Source: a virus | Lineage: Duplodnaviria; Caudoviricetes | Virus record (IMG/VR): IMGVR_UViG_3300021400_001366 | Span: 64,001 to 128,000 of that record | Length of the DNA: 64,000 nucleotides | Reading direction: 5' to 3' (one strand) | Shown here: piece by piece, positions 9,602 to 19,181 of the stretch | Layout: each line of letters opens with the position of its first letter | Numbering within the stretch: position 1 is the stretch's first letter | Program-made: the position numbers and the translations under genes | Notes under the pieces: generated by a model | Database searches by the model: none | What the model was told of the DNA's origin: nothing | The model's input: only the letters and a program-made list of their open reading frames with translations

Positions 9602-11785
9602 TTGCTAGTTATTAAACGCGATGGCCGTGTAGTTCAGTATGAACGCGGCAAGGTATCAAATGCCATTCTGAAGGCATTTGCAGAAGTAAATGGTAAGATC
9701 GATGCAAAAGCTAAAAATATAGCCGAAAGCATTGAACTGTATGTTGAATCTCTGGATAAAGATATTACCGTCGAAGAGATTCAAGATATTATCGAACAGA
9801 AGCTGATGGCAAGCGAGTATAAGCAAGTCGCCAAGTGCTTCATCATCTACAGGAATGATCGTAGCCGTATTCGGCAGCAAAAGAGCGATCTAATGCGTAG
9901 AGTGAGAACAAAGCTGATGGCTGATGAAGTTGAGAATCAGAACGCAAACGTAGATGAAAGATCATTCGGCGGTAGGATTGGTGCTGTCAGCAGCGAGGTC
10001 ATGAAGGAATATGCTCTAAATGAGTGCATGTCTAAAATGGCAAAAAAGAATCACATCAACAACGAGATTTATATTCACGACCTCGACCATTACGCGGCAG
10101 GAGATCATAACTGTCTTTCAATTCCGTTCGACGATCTTCTTGCTAATGGGTTCAACACAAGGCAAACGGATGTTCGTCCTGCACAGTCGGTAAGCACTGC
10201 GTTTCAGCTTGTAGCTGTGATCTTCCAATTGCAGAGTCTCCAACAGTTTGGCGGTGTCTCAGCTACCCATATCGATCATACAATGGTTCCGTATGTGAGG
10301 AAGAGCTTTTACAAGCACTATATGGATGGCCTGAAATATATTGAAGGTTTAGAGGATAAGGGTATTTATTTCCCGTCTGAGACTCCTATTGATGATAAGA
10401 GTATCTATATACATGAGAAATCATATGATTACGCTATGGATATGACCACCAAGGAAGTGTATCAGGCGGTTGAGGGAATGTACCATAACTTGAATACACT
10501 CCAATCGCGTTCAGGAAATCAGTTGCCGTTTACATCAATTAATTATGGAACATGTACAAAGCCAGAAGGTCGTATGGTTACTAAAGCACTTCTCGATGTT
10601 TCCATCAAGGGCATTGGTAAGCTGCATAAGACATCAATCTTCCCGTGCGGTATCTTCCAGTGTATGGCCGGTGTAAATCGAAAGCCTGGCGAACCGAACT
10701 ATGACTTATTCAAGCTGGCGCTGAAGTCAACGTCCTTACGCCTTTACCCGAATTATGCCAATGTTGATTGGTCAAACAATGCTGGTTATGATGTAAACGA
10801 TCCTGCAACATATTTTAGCACGATGGGATGTCGCACGGCAAATGGTGCTGATATTAATGCCGATCCCGGTGTTAATCCGCAGCGTAAGGATGGGCGCGGC
10901 AATATTTGTCCTGTCACGATAATAATGCCTACGCTGGCAATGGAAGCAGACCGCAACGTTGAAAAGTTTATGGCGCTACTTGACAAGAAGATCAACGAAG
11001 CCAAGGATATGCTCATTGAGCGCTATAAGTACATTTGCTCTCAGTCTCCAGAGTCAGCTAAGTTCATGTACGAAAATCACGTTATGGGCGGGTATGATGG
11101 CAAAACGGTTGAATCCGCGATGAAGCATGGGACTCTTGTAATCGGTCAGCTTGGCCTAGCAGAGACTCTGCAAATTCTTATTGGTTGTGACCATAGAGAA
11201 GAAAAGGGAATGGAGCTGGCGAAGAAGATCGAACAGTTGTTTAAAGACCGCTGCGCAGAGTTCAAAAAGGAGTATCATCTGAACTTTGGTGTTTACTATA
11301 CACCTGCCGAGAATCTTTGTTTTACCGCAATGAAGCGATTCAAAGAGAAGTATGGCGAAATCCCGAATGTTTCAGATAGAAAGTTCTTCACAAATTCAAT
11401 CCATGTTCCTGTTTGGGCTGATGTAAATCCGTTTGAAAAGATCGACATTGAGTCGCAATTAACCGGCTACTCCAATGCTGGCTGTATCACCTACGTCGAA
11501 CTTAGTTCAAGCATTAAGAATAATCTTGAGGCGCTGGAACAGTTGGTTAATTACGCTATGGATCATGACATTCCGTATTTCGCCGTGAATGTGCCGAATG
11601 ATATGTGCATGAATTGCGGTTATACTGACGAGATCGGTGAAAACTGTCCGATGTGTGGTAGCAAGAATATCCAAAGGTTGCGTCGCGTAACGGGCTACCT
11701 CACAGGAAACTACACAACAGCTTTTAACGAGGGCAAGCAACAGGAAGTCGAAATGCGGGTGAAGCATCATAATGAACGAATTTAG
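9602..11785 (+). CDS. nrdD: Anaerobic ribonucleoside-triphosphate reductase (class III), uninterrupted
   Basis: ATP cone VIKRDGR, IYIHDLD, MGCRT, TPAE, CxxC..CxxC, RRVTGYL glycyl-radical loop. Confidence 0.96.
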   Translation: MLVIKRDGRVVQYERGKVSNAILKAFAEVNGKIDAKAKNIAESIELYVESLDKDITVEEIQDIIEQKLMASEYKQVAKCFIIYRNDRSRIRQQKSDLMRRVRTKLMADEVENQNANVDERSFGGRIGAVSSEVMKEYALNECMSKMAKKNHINNEIYIHDLDHYAAGDHNCLSIPFDDLLANGFNTRQTDVRPAQSVSTAFQLVAVIFQLQSLQQFGGVSATHIDHTMVPYVRKSFYKHYMDGLKYIEGLEDKGIYFPSETPIDDKSIYIHEKSYDYAMDMTTKEVYQAVEGMYHNLNTLQSRSGNQLPFTSINYGTCTKPEGRMVTKALLDVSIKGIGKLHKTSIFPCGIFQCMAGVNRKPGEPNYDLFKLALKSTSLRLYPNYANVDWSNNAGYDVNDPATYFSTMGCRTANGADINADPGVNPQRKDGRGNICPVTIIMPTLAMEADRNVEKFMALLDKKINEAKDMLIERYKYICSQSPESAKFMYENHVMGGYDGKTVESAMKHGTLVIGQLGLAETLQILIGCDHREEKGMELAKKIEQLFKDRCAEFKKEYHLNFGVYYTPAENLCFTAMKRFKEKYGEIPNVSDRKFFTNSIHVPVWADVNPFEKIDIESQLTGYSNAGCITYVELSSSIKNNLEALEQLVNYAMDHDIPYFAVNVPNDMCMNCGYTDEIGENCPMCGSKNIQRLRRVTGYLTGNYTTAFNEGKQQEVEMRVKHHNERI

Positions 11786-12311
11786 ATATGCTGGTATAGA
11801 AACATTCGACATCAATAACGGGACTGGCTTTGGGGTAACATTATTTGTTCAGGGTTGTTCGCATCACTGCAAAGGATGCCACAACCCGACAACATGGGAT
11901 TTCAATGGCGGCGAATCCCTAGACCCTGTTACTCTTTCAAAACTGTTTTCAACATTGCAAGACCCAAATATAAAAAGGTTGACCATTTCTGGCGGTGAGC
12001 CGTTCGACAACATATGCTTGGTCAATGCAATTTGCAAGCGCGTGAAAACAGAAGCGCCAGATATTTCAATTTGGATTTATACGGGTTATACGTTTGAAGA
12101 TATTATTCAGAATGACGAGCGCAAATCCATCTTAAAATACTGCGATGTACTTGTTGATGGCGAGTTTGTATTAGAACGCAGAGATTTGTCTTTACCATTC
12201 AGAGGAAGCTCAAATCAGAGGGTTATAGATATTCCTACGACATTGCAATCTGGAACTATTACGAAAAGGAAATTTATCGGTGATGGAAATGATGCTTCTA
12301 AAGAACATTAA
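11772..12311 (+). CDS. nrdG: Anaerobic RNR activating enzyme (radical SAM)
   Basis: GCSHHCKGCHN, SGGEP, RGSSNQR. Confidence 0.95.
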   Translation: MNEFRYAGIETFDINNGTGFGVTLFVQGCSHHCKGCHNPTTWDFNGGESLDPVTLSKLFSTLQDPNIKRLTISGGEPFDNICLVNAICKRVKTEAPDISIWIYTGYTFEDIIQNDERKSILKYCDVLVDGEFVLERRDLSLPFRGSSNQRVIDIPTTLQSGTITKRKFIGDGNDASKEH

Positions 12312-12534
12312 AGATATTGAAGCATTGGTACGGGCTATTAACGAGTGCAAGGGCGATGTGCTCTTGCGCTCCACCGTAAGCAATGAAGAGTTCAATATGA
12401 AAAGCCAGTTGTCGCGCTATGTGGCGATTGGTGAACTATGCAAGGAACACGGTGACGAGTGGGAAATCTACTGCATGGATCGTAACGACGAAGGGCGCAT
12501 GTTGCAGTTTTTCTATGAGATCAAAGGAGAATGA
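12280..12534 (+). CDS. Small HPr-fold-like protein
   Basis: AINECKGDV.L...FNMKSQLS resembles HPr-like family. Confidence 0.5.
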   Translation: MMEMMLLKNIKDIEALVRAINECKGDVLLRSTVSNEEFNMKSQLSRYVAIGELCKEHGDEWEIYCMDRNDEGRMLQFFYEIKGE

Positions 12535-12995
12535 GAATGGTTAAGAGTGGAGATACTATTATTCTGCGTAAGCCTATGGGCGCGTTTACCAATGTTGGCG
12601 AAAAGTGTAAGGTACAAAGTGTGATTGATGGCGTAATTAATTTCACATTTGGCGGCGGCTTGCATCTGGGCTGCATGTCGGCAGACGAATTAGAAAAGTA
12701 TTTTACGGTATGTAAAGCGCCGACCATTACCGATGATGACATTGAAGATATTATCGAACACACCAAGTTTAAGACCTTCACGGTTTTCGACAAGTGTACT
12801 GTCGTAGTCGCGGAGCTGCCTAATGGCTTCATCCTTACCGAATCTTCTGCGTGTGTGTCGCCTGAGAATTATGACGCTGATGAAGGTTACGACATCTGCG
12901 TTGGTAAGATCGAAGATAAGATTTGGGAACTTGAAGGTTATCGGCTGCAACAGAAGGTGTACGAGGACAGCTTGAGAGTGTCAGATCGGGGTTAA
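12531..12995 (+). CDS. Phage Gp49-like family protein
   Basis: LPNGF.LTESSACVSPENYD..G..IC..KI..KIWELEGY.LQ. Confidence 0.7.
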   Translation: MRMVKSGDTIILRKPMGAFTNVGEKCKVQSVIDGVINFTFGGGLHLGCMSADELEKYFTVCKAPTITDDDIEDIIEHTKFKTFTVFDKCTVVVAELPNGFILTESSACVSPENYDADEGYDICVGKIEDKIWELEGYRLQQKVYEDSLRVSDRG

Positions 12996-12996
12996 T

Positions 12997-13212
12997 ATGC
13001 CAAGACCAAAGAAGGATGCATGGCTTGAGAATTGTTTTCGGTGCTGGAATTGCATCAAAACAAAATACCTTGAAGATGGCAAGGATAACGGCGCGGTCAG
13101 CTACCTTTGCTCATCAAGCGGACGGGAAGTTAAACCCTGGCAGATAGATGGCTGTAAAAAGTATCTCAAGGGTGAACCGCAGATCATAAAGGCAGGTGAG
13201 AAGCATGGTTAG
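12997..13212 (+). CDS. Hypothetical Cys-containing protein
   Basis: ORF in compact operon. Confidence 0.6.
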   Translation: MPRPKKDAWLENCFRCWNCIKTKYLEDGKDNGAVSYLCSSSGREVKPWQIDGCKKYLKGEPQIIKAGEKHG

Positions 13213-13378
13213 AATTACCGCTGCGAGAGATATTCAAAAAGAAAATCAGCGCATGATTCCTGAAGGTGAAGAAGTAACGCTGATTGGTCATATCATGGAT
13301 GACGCTTACGAGATCGAATACAAGGGCGAGGCATATATCGTCCATGCAGACGATCTAAAGCGTGACATTAAAGTTTAA
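13205..13378 (+). CDS. Small hypothetical protein (SH3-like pattern)
   Basis: AGGTG RBS; beta-rich 57 aa. Confidence 0.55.
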   Translation: MVRITAARDIQKENQRMIPEGEEVTLIGHIMDDAYEIEYKGEAYIVHADDLKRDIKV

Positions 13379-13394
13379 CTAGGATGGTGGTTGT

Positions 13395-13700
13395 GTGTCG
13401 ATTCAGGTGAAGTGCTTCGAGTGGAAGCCCGGTGAAAATGATATAGAATACATAAAGCTACTCAAGAGACATATGGACGATTGGGAAGGAATAGCGAAGA
13501 AAGCTATATCTAGACTTAGGACTACGTGCCGTCCGGGCCAATGGAACTCGCATGGAAGATGTTCTGTGTGTAATTCGCCGTATGCAGTTGAAAGCTGGGA
13601 TGGCGACATTACATTAAGCGAACAAAAGTTCTGCTATCATTGCGGTGCTGCTATGGATATGGAGGATGACGGATGGAGAATTATACAGCCAAAGAGTTGA
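13395..13700 (+). CDS. Hypothetical zinc-ribbon protein
   Basis: RCSVC...FCYHCGA.MD. Confidence 0.65.
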   Translation: MSIQVKCFEWKPGENDIEYIKLLKRHMDDWEGIAKKAISRLRTTCRPGQWNSHGRCSVCNSPYAVESWDGDITLSEQKFCYHCGAAMDMEDDGWRIIQPKS

Positions 13701-13885
13701 TTGGCATGTTGTCTGGGGCTATCGAAACTTTGGATAGTGCGCGTAAGCTCATTGAAGAACAAAACGCAGAGATTGTGAAGTTAAAGTCGGATGTCGCCGC
13801 CTACAAGGAGTCATGGGAAAGCCTAACCAACGATCTTATCAAGATGCACAGGCAGATTTACGATAACAAGATTTCGGAGAAGTAA
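13673..13885 (+). CDS. Hypothetical coiled-coil protein
   Basis: GGAGG RBS; heptad pattern. Confidence 0.6.
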   Translation: MENYTAKELIGMLSGAIETLDSARKLIEEQNAEIVKLKSDVAAYKESWESLTNDLIKMHRQIYDNKISEK

Positions 13886-13887
13886 CT

Positions 13888-14931
13888 ATGATCTATATTC
13901 CAGAAAAGATTAAGGTTGGCTATCAAAACCGCAAGGACACGTATACCGGCAAGCTGGCCTATGTGATTTACTATGACCGCTATGGAAAGCTCAGGAAAGA
14001 ACCTTCATGGAATAACTGGCGCGACGATAAGATTGAGCCAAACGAGTTTGACAACAGCCCAACAGAAGGATTTGTTCTGAACAAGAAGGTCGGCGGCTAT
14101 TGCTACCACTTCGACCAGCGTGATACATATGTTCGAGTATATGACCCTCGCGGTTTTGAATTTGAAATCTCCGTGCCTAATCTGCTGTACATTCTGGAAT
14201 ATGCTAACTCCATCAGGGGCAAAGGTCTTGAAGGTGAATTTGTATATGGCTGGGACGGGACTGAACTCGTCCTAGTCCCTACATCATCCGAGGATTACAA
14301 TAACAAAGAAAAGACCGAGGATGAACTATATCCGCTAGAATGTATTGCACCATCGAAGCTGCGTCCAGGATTCATGTATAGGTCTAAGTATGGTGAGATC
14401 GTATACATGGGTAAATTCGACTACTACAACTACAATGGTACGAAAACCGGCAAGAAGCATTTCTATTTTGCACATTGGAGTTGGAGCCGCGAACGTGCTG
14501 ATGAAAACTGGTATCTCCAGACGAGATCGCAGTTGAAACAAATCGTAACCGACCAGATTGGCGATACACCATTTGAGGGTTATTCTGAACTGGTCGATAA
14601 GATGGAAAGCAGCCAAGAGTATTCGCCTATCGATAGGTCAAAGTGCAAGTACCGTCTGGCTACACCAGAAGAGTTTCATGACTTCATAAAAGGTTATCGT
14701 GGCACATTTTACTCACAGAATTATGAAAGCCCTATATTGATTCGTAACATAGATAGGTATCATTACAATGCTTACAGATGTGATACTAGAGAAATTATAA
14801 ATAAAAGCAAACCACTGCTAAATTGGGCTGAAAATGAAGCAGGAATTTACAACACTTTAAAACCGATGAAACTTGAATTTTATCTAGCAAATGGCAGGTT
14901 ATTCGACGCAAGATGGGAGATCATGAAATGA
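13888..14931 (+). CDS. Conserved hypothetical phage protein
   Basis: 347 aa ORF; GKLAYVIYYD..GKLRKE..W, RVYDPRGFEFEI. Confidence 0.75.
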   Translation: MIYIPEKIKVGYQNRKDTYTGKLAYVIYYDRYGKLRKEPSWNNWRDDKIEPNEFDNSPTEGFVLNKKVGGYCYHFDQRDTYVRVYDPRGFEFEISVPNLLYILEYANSIRGKGLEGEFVYGWDGTELVLVPTSSEDYNNKEKTEDELYPLECIAPSKLRPGFMYRSKYGEIVYMGKFDYYNYNGTKTGKKHFYFAHWSWSRERADENWYLQTRSQLKQIVTDQIGDTPFEGYSELVDKMESSQEYSPIDRSKCKYRLATPEEFHDFIKGYRGTFYSQNYESPILIRNIDRYHYNAYRCDTREIINKSKPLLNWAENEAGIYNTLKPMKLEFYLANGRLFDARWEIMK

Positions 14932-15332
14932 ATAATGACCAGAAGATCCTTGAACTGAAAAAGAAGATCGCAGAAGAAAGAAAAGCGCTTTCTGCGGTTT
15001 CAAAATTCCAACCGCTAACAACTTGCATTATTGAACAGTTTGGCATCAAGATCAATCTCAGGACATTGACCAATGCTCAGTTAAGGCTACTGTTTGTTGC
15101 AGTTAACGCCTTGATTAAATCCGCTGCCGAAGTCGAAATGACAAATGTCAAAATATCCGAGTTTACACTTGAGAATTGGCTTTCAGATGTCAAGGGGATG
15201 TTGGAACAACGCGAAACGGTTGAACGCAAGATTATGATTAACAAGCTGGAAGATAAACTTCAAAGCATGTTGTCAGACGAAAAGAAAACCGAACTTGAAA
15301 TTGAAAACATCGAGAAGCTGCTAAATCAATAA
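14928..15332 (+). CDS. Hypothetical coiled-coil phage protein
   Basis: ATGA overlap with upstream stop. Confidence 0.7.
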   Translation: MNNDQKILELKKKIAEERKALSAVSKFQPLTTCIIEQFGIKINLRTLTNAQLRLLFVAVNALIKSAAEVEMTNVKISEFTLENWLSDVKGMLEQRETVERKIMINKLEDKLQSMLSDEKKTELEIENIEKLLNQ

Positions 15333-15388
15333 ACAAAGATGAATATATCCTACGATAATGGTCAAGGCTTTATTCGGGGAGGTAGGAT

Positions 15389-15523
15389 ATGGAAGAAAGC
15401 TCGAAAAACGCACTTACTAAGACAGCGCTACTCAACTACTATAATCAGGTTCTATATGATAATGGCTTAATCAGCGAAGATGAAAGAAACAGAATGTCAC
15501 GGTTAATCAATGAACGTAGTTGA
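15389..15523 (+). CDS. 44-aa protein upstream of the serine integrase (candidate recombination directionality factor)
   Basis: GGAGG RBS; MEESSKNALTKTALLNYYNQVLYDNGLISEDERNRMSRLINERS; below ORF-track cutoff. Confidence 0.6.
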   Translation: MEESSKNALTKTALLNYYNQVLYDNGLISEDERNRMSRLINERS

Positions 15524-15549
15524 CAAGAGTGTGCATGAGACATTATAAT
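15520..15549 (+). promoter_or_regulatory. Sigma-A promoter for the serine integrase
   Basis: TTGACA-18-TATAAT. Confidence 0.75.
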
Positions 15550-15586
15550 ATAAACATGATACATCGAACAAAGTGAGGTGTAGACC

Positions 15587-17398
15587 GTGGACATATTTTC
15601 TACAAGGCAGCTACTCAGAACGATGTCGATCTATGATATTCCTCTGCGCGTGACGTTTTATGCCCGTGTTTCATCTGAAAGTGACGAACAGTTAAACTCG
15701 CTAGGCAACCAAGTTAGCTACTATGAAAACTTAATCAAGAAAAACTCGGCATGGACTTTCGTGCCGGGTTATATTGATGAGGGGCTATCTGGAATCTCTA
15801 CCAAGAAGCGTGAGAATTTTCACCGCATGGTATCTGATGGCAAGGATGGCCTCTTTGACTTGGTTATAACTAAAGAGATCACACGATTTGCGAGAAATAC
15901 TCTGGATTCAATTCAATACACCAGGCAGCTACTAAGTTATGGGGTTGCAGTATTCTTTCAGAATGACAATATCAATACTCTGGATGAGGACTCTGAACTT
16001 AGGCTTACCATCATGTCGGGCATTGCGCAGGATGAATTGCGCAAACTATCCAGCCGCGTGAAGTTTGGGCATCAGCAAGCGATCAAGTCAAAGGTCGTGC
16101 TTGGCAACAGCAGGATAGTTGGCTATAAAAAGGACAACAAAAGGCTAGTGATCGACGATGAACAAGCTCCGATGGTCAGGCTTTTGTTTGAAATGTATGC
16201 AACGGGTGAGTACAGCTTAAAACAGCTCGAAAACATTCTTTGGGATAAAGGATATAAAAACACGAAGGGTAACAAGATTTCACACGTTACCCTGTCCAAC
16301 ATTATCTCAAACCCGAAGTATAAGGGGTATTACGTCGGCAACAAAGTTAAGGTTATCGACATGTTCACCAAGAAGCAGAAGTTTTTGCCTAAAGAAGAAT
16401 GGGTGATGTTTAAAGACGAAACTGGCGAGATAGTTCCAGCTATTGTATCTGAAGAACTGTGGGATGCCGCCAATCAGGTGCTAAATAAGCGAAGCGCGGA
16501 CGTTAAGGCTCGGCAAGGTATATGCAATCACGATAATCTGTTCACAGGAAAGATATTTTGTACTTGCTGTAATATGCCGTATTACAGAAAAGAATCACAA
16601 GATAGGGACGGAAACAAAAACAGCAGATGGGTATGTTCTGGCAAGATCAGAAATGGAAAGCAATCATGCAAGTCGTTCGCCATTTATGAAAAAGACATTC
16701 AGCCATTGCTCTATGACGTGTTTAAAGACACAAAAGCCGACGCAGATCAGATTATCAATGAGTATATAAGGCTGTACTCTGAAATGACTAAAAACTCGGA
16801 GATACCAAACCTGATTGCTGAACAAGAAAAGATTGTTACCAATGCCAAAAGGAAAAAGGACAAGCTGTTGCAGCTCAATGTTGACGGCATGATTGACGAT
16901 GCTGATTTCAGGTCGATGATGAGCGAATGCAGTAAAGAAATGGATGAAGCCAGGATAAAGATAGTTGAACTTAAAGAGAAAACCTATGATAGCGATTCTT
17001 TTAATGAGAAGGTTAAAGAGATCAGACGAATACTAATGGACGCTCAGAAGGACGCTGGCAGCGGCGTGATTGACAAGCAGTTTGTTGATAAGTATATTGA
17101 TAAGATTTATGCGACGCCAATTAACGATTCGTCGATGCGTCTAGAGATCAAGATTTTTACCGGCGAAGTCACTGAAATGCTACTGAGCAAGCTGAAAGGT
17201 TCTACGGGTAACACGACCGATGAATCGCAGAAACCAGACAAATCCCCTGAAAATACAGGGGATTCGGATGATGATGATTCTATGGGTAACACGTTCTTAA
17301 ACAAAATACCCATACGAACTATTTTGCGTATTGCCACCGGCCATTATGTGAACGGCAAACTATCAAGCATTGAATATGGGGCTAGTATTAGAACTTAG
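15587..17398 (+). CDS. Large serine recombinase (integrase)
   Basis: YARVSS catalytic Ser, TKEITRFARN, recombinase domain, CxxC zinc ribbon, coiled coil. Confidence 0.95.
   Translation: MDIFSTRQLLRTMSIYDIPLRVTFYARVSSESDEQLNSLGNQVSYYENLIKKNSAWTFVPGYIDEGLSGISTKKRENFHRMVSDGKDGLFDLVITKEITRFARNTLDSIQYTRQLLSYGVAVFFQNDNINTLDEDSELRLTIMSGIAQDELRKLSSRVKFGHQQAIKSKVVLGNSRIVGYKKDNKRLVIDDEQAPMVRLLFEMYATGEYSLKQLENILWDKGYKNTKGNKISHVTLSNIISNPKYKGYYVGNKVKVIDMFTKKQKFLPKEEWVMFKDETGEIVPAIVSEELWDAANQVLNKRSADVKARQGICNHDNLFTGKIFCTCCNMPYYRKESQDRDGNKNSRWVCSGKIRNGKQSCKSFAIYEKDIQPLLYDVFKDTKADADQIINEYIRLYSEMTKNSEIPNLIAEQEKIVTNAKRKKDKLLQLNVDGMIDDADFRSMMSECSKEMDEARIKIVELKEKTYDSDSFNEKVKEIRRILMDAQKDAGSGVIDKQFVDKYIDKIYATPINDSSMRLEIKIFTGEVTEMLLSKLKGSTGNTTDESQKPDKSPENTGDSDDDDSMGNTFLNKIPIRTILRIATGHYVNGKLSSIEYGASIRT
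17278..17318. other. Candidate attP site within the integrase 3' end
   Basis: TATGGGTA-acacGTTcTTaAACaaaa-TACCCATA inverted repeat centred on TT 17297-17298. Confidence 0.5.
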
Positions 17399-17412
17399 AG
17401 CGCAAAAATACG

Positions 17413-17434
17413 GGGCTGCGATTGCAGCCCTTTA
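17413..17434. terminator. Intrinsic terminator between convergent modules
   Basis: GGGCTGC-gatt-GCAGCCC with short T run after and A run before. Confidence 0.65.
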
Positions 17435-17435
17435 C

Positions 17436-17780
17436 TTATGCCGCCAGTATATCGGCAATATCATTCTTAGACAACGCGCGAATAATCTTCATTTTCTGAG
17501 CGATTACCCAATTCACCTGGTCTGGAGCATAGTATACTATTTCGTAATCAGATACTTCACACTCAACCCAAACACGACGTTCGCCGCGCCGCAGATTGTC
17601 CTTGTATTTTGTAACATCCGGCTTTTCAAATCCATAGAAGCCTTTCTTATCATGGTAGTGTTTCGTTAGTATATACTCGGCAGTTACCCACTCGTCTATG
17701 TTGTACGGTTTACGACGATTGACGTTGATCGAGTATAGCATACCATCTGATTTGGTTCTCATAACTTTATACATTAGCAT
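17436..17780 (-). CDS. Hypothetical phage protein
   Basis: GGAGG RBS before ATG 17780; 114 aa. Confidence 0.65.
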   Translation of the reverse strand: MLMYKVMRTKSDGMLYSINVNRRKPYNIDEWVTAEYILTKHYHDKKGFYGFEKPDVTKYKDNLRRGERRVWVECEVSDYEIVYYAPDQVNWVIAQKMKIIRALSKNDIADILAA

Positions 17781-17796
17781 TTTATCCAACCTCCAA

Positions 17797-18786
17797 TTAT
17801 GACGCACGTTTATTATATGAACTCTGAACGTTCTTCTGGTCAATGTAGATGTACTTCATCGTAGTGTCAATCTTTTCGTGGCCAAGGATATGGGCGACTT
17901 CTTCGATGCTCATTCCATGGTTGACGAGATTGGTTGCAAACGTTCTCCTAAACCTATGAGGATGCACATTACTAACGCCAGCCTTTTCGGACAAGGCTTT
18001 CAACATATTTCTTATACCTCCTGGTGTTAGTCTGGTAGAACCTTTGCCGATAAATATAGCTTCTTCATCATCGACCCTTGACTTTAAATATCTTGAAAGT
18101 AGCATGGCCGCAACATCATCAAAGTAGACCGTCCTCTCTTTGCCACCTTTTCCAAGTACCACACACTTTTTATTTGTGAAATCTACATCACTTCTATTCA
18201 GGCCGCACACTTCGCTAATGCGGCAACCAGTAGAATAAAGAAAACCAATTATAGCTTTGTCGCGGCTACACTCGCATTTTTCTTTTAAACGTTCAATGTC
18301 AGATCCAGTAAATGGAACTTTGATCTTCTTATGTACTTTTATGGGTGATAGATTTGCAGAAGGATCAGTTGGAAGTAAACCATCTCTATAAACCCATCCA
18401 AAGAAAGAGCATAGTGTGCTGCGAACACTGGCTATCGTAGAGTCTGCTTTTCCAGAAGATCGCATATCTGAAAGATATTTTCTTAGATTAGCAGCCATTA
18501 TCTCCCTGATAGGCACATCTATTTCTTTGAACGCGCGAGTAATCAGGTAACGATATGCCTCGATTGTATTAGGAGATTTGCCCTCTATTTCCTTTGCAGA
18601 CAAAAACTCGTTCAGTAATTCATCCGCTTCAAAATCAACGGTAGTGTCAGCTATGCGCTCCATGTCGAACTTACCAAGATGCTCGGACACGGTGTCAATG
18701 ACAGTTGTCATCTGATCTACTGTTAAAACATTACTCAATTCTTTCTTGATATTCGCAACAAAGATTTGTTTGCTAGCAATAGACAT
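17797..18786 (-). CDS. XerC/D-like tyrosine recombinase
   Basis: TGCRISE, GKGGKER, HPHRFRRT, LGH, TTMKY catalytic set. Confidence 0.93.
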   Translation of the reverse strand: MSIASKQIFVANIKKELSNVLTVDQMTTVIDTVSEHLGKFDMERIADTTVDFEADELLNEFLSAKEIEGKSPNTIEAYRYLITRAFKEIDVPIREIMAANLRKYLSDMRSSGKADSTIASVRSTLCSFFGWVYRDGLLPTDPSANLSPIKVHKKIKVPFTGSDIERLKEKCECSRDKAIIGFLYSTGCRISEVCGLNRSDVDFTNKKCVVLGKGGKERTVYFDDVAAMLLSRYLKSRVDDEEAIFIGKGSTRLTPGGIRNMLKALSEKAGVSNVHPHRFRRTFATNLVNHGMSIEEVAHILGHEKIDTTMKYIYIDQKNVQSSYNKRAS

Positions 18787-18816
18787 CGTTACAACCTCCA
18801 CTAAACTTGTGATTAT

Positions 18817-18845
18817 ATTATATAGTGTGTCCCACTATTTGTCAA
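18817..18845 (-). promoter_or_regulatory. Consensus sigma-A promoter for the tyrosine recombinase, with a palindromic operator in the spacer
   Basis: TTGACA-17-TATAAT; ATAGTG-n5-CACTAT palindrome. Confidence 0.75.
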
Positions 18846-18876
18846 GGTTATTTCATACTTCTGTCATAATTTTACA

Positions 18877-18905
18877 TTTACAAATTTTCTCTGACCATCT
18901 ATACT
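18877..18905 (+). promoter_or_regulatory. Divergent sigma-A promoter
   Basis: TTTACA-17-TATACT. Confidence 0.6.
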
Positions 18906-18927
18906 AGAAGAAGGGGAGGTGTTGTAG

Positions 18928-19128
18928 TTGCCTATATCAGAAGCGCAAAGAAGAGCAACAGACAAATGGCATAAGAACAACATAACCAAGGTCGGATGTT
19001 CCGTCAGAAAAGAAAAGGCCGAAGAATTTAAGAACGCTTGCAAGAAACTGGGGCTAGTCCCAAACGCCATCTTCAAAGAAGTTATCGACGATATAATTGA
19101 AAAGGCAAAAATAAAGGAGAACGAATAA
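18928..19128 (+). CDS. Small ribbon-helix-helix-like DNA-binding protein
   Basis: SEAQRRATDKW..N.TKVGCSVRKE.AE.FK.AC..LG..PN pattern; GGAGG RBS. Confidence 0.65.
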   Translation: MPISEAQRRATDKWHKNNITKVGCSVRKEKAEEFKNACKKLGLVPNAIFKEVIDDIIEKAKIKENE

Positions 19129-19142
19129 GCATCGTTCTCCTT
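19114..19142. terminator. Hairpin between convergent genes
   Basis: AAGGAGAACGA-n7-TCGTTCTCCTT. Confidence 0.55.
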
Positions 19143-19181
19143 AACATTGTAATTGTTGAAGTTACTGATTTAAAACGGTCA

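Noticed and set aside
9602-11785. Intron or intein in nrdD (also checked in terminase and helicase)
   Set aside because: Continuous ORFs of normal length with no splicing motifs seen
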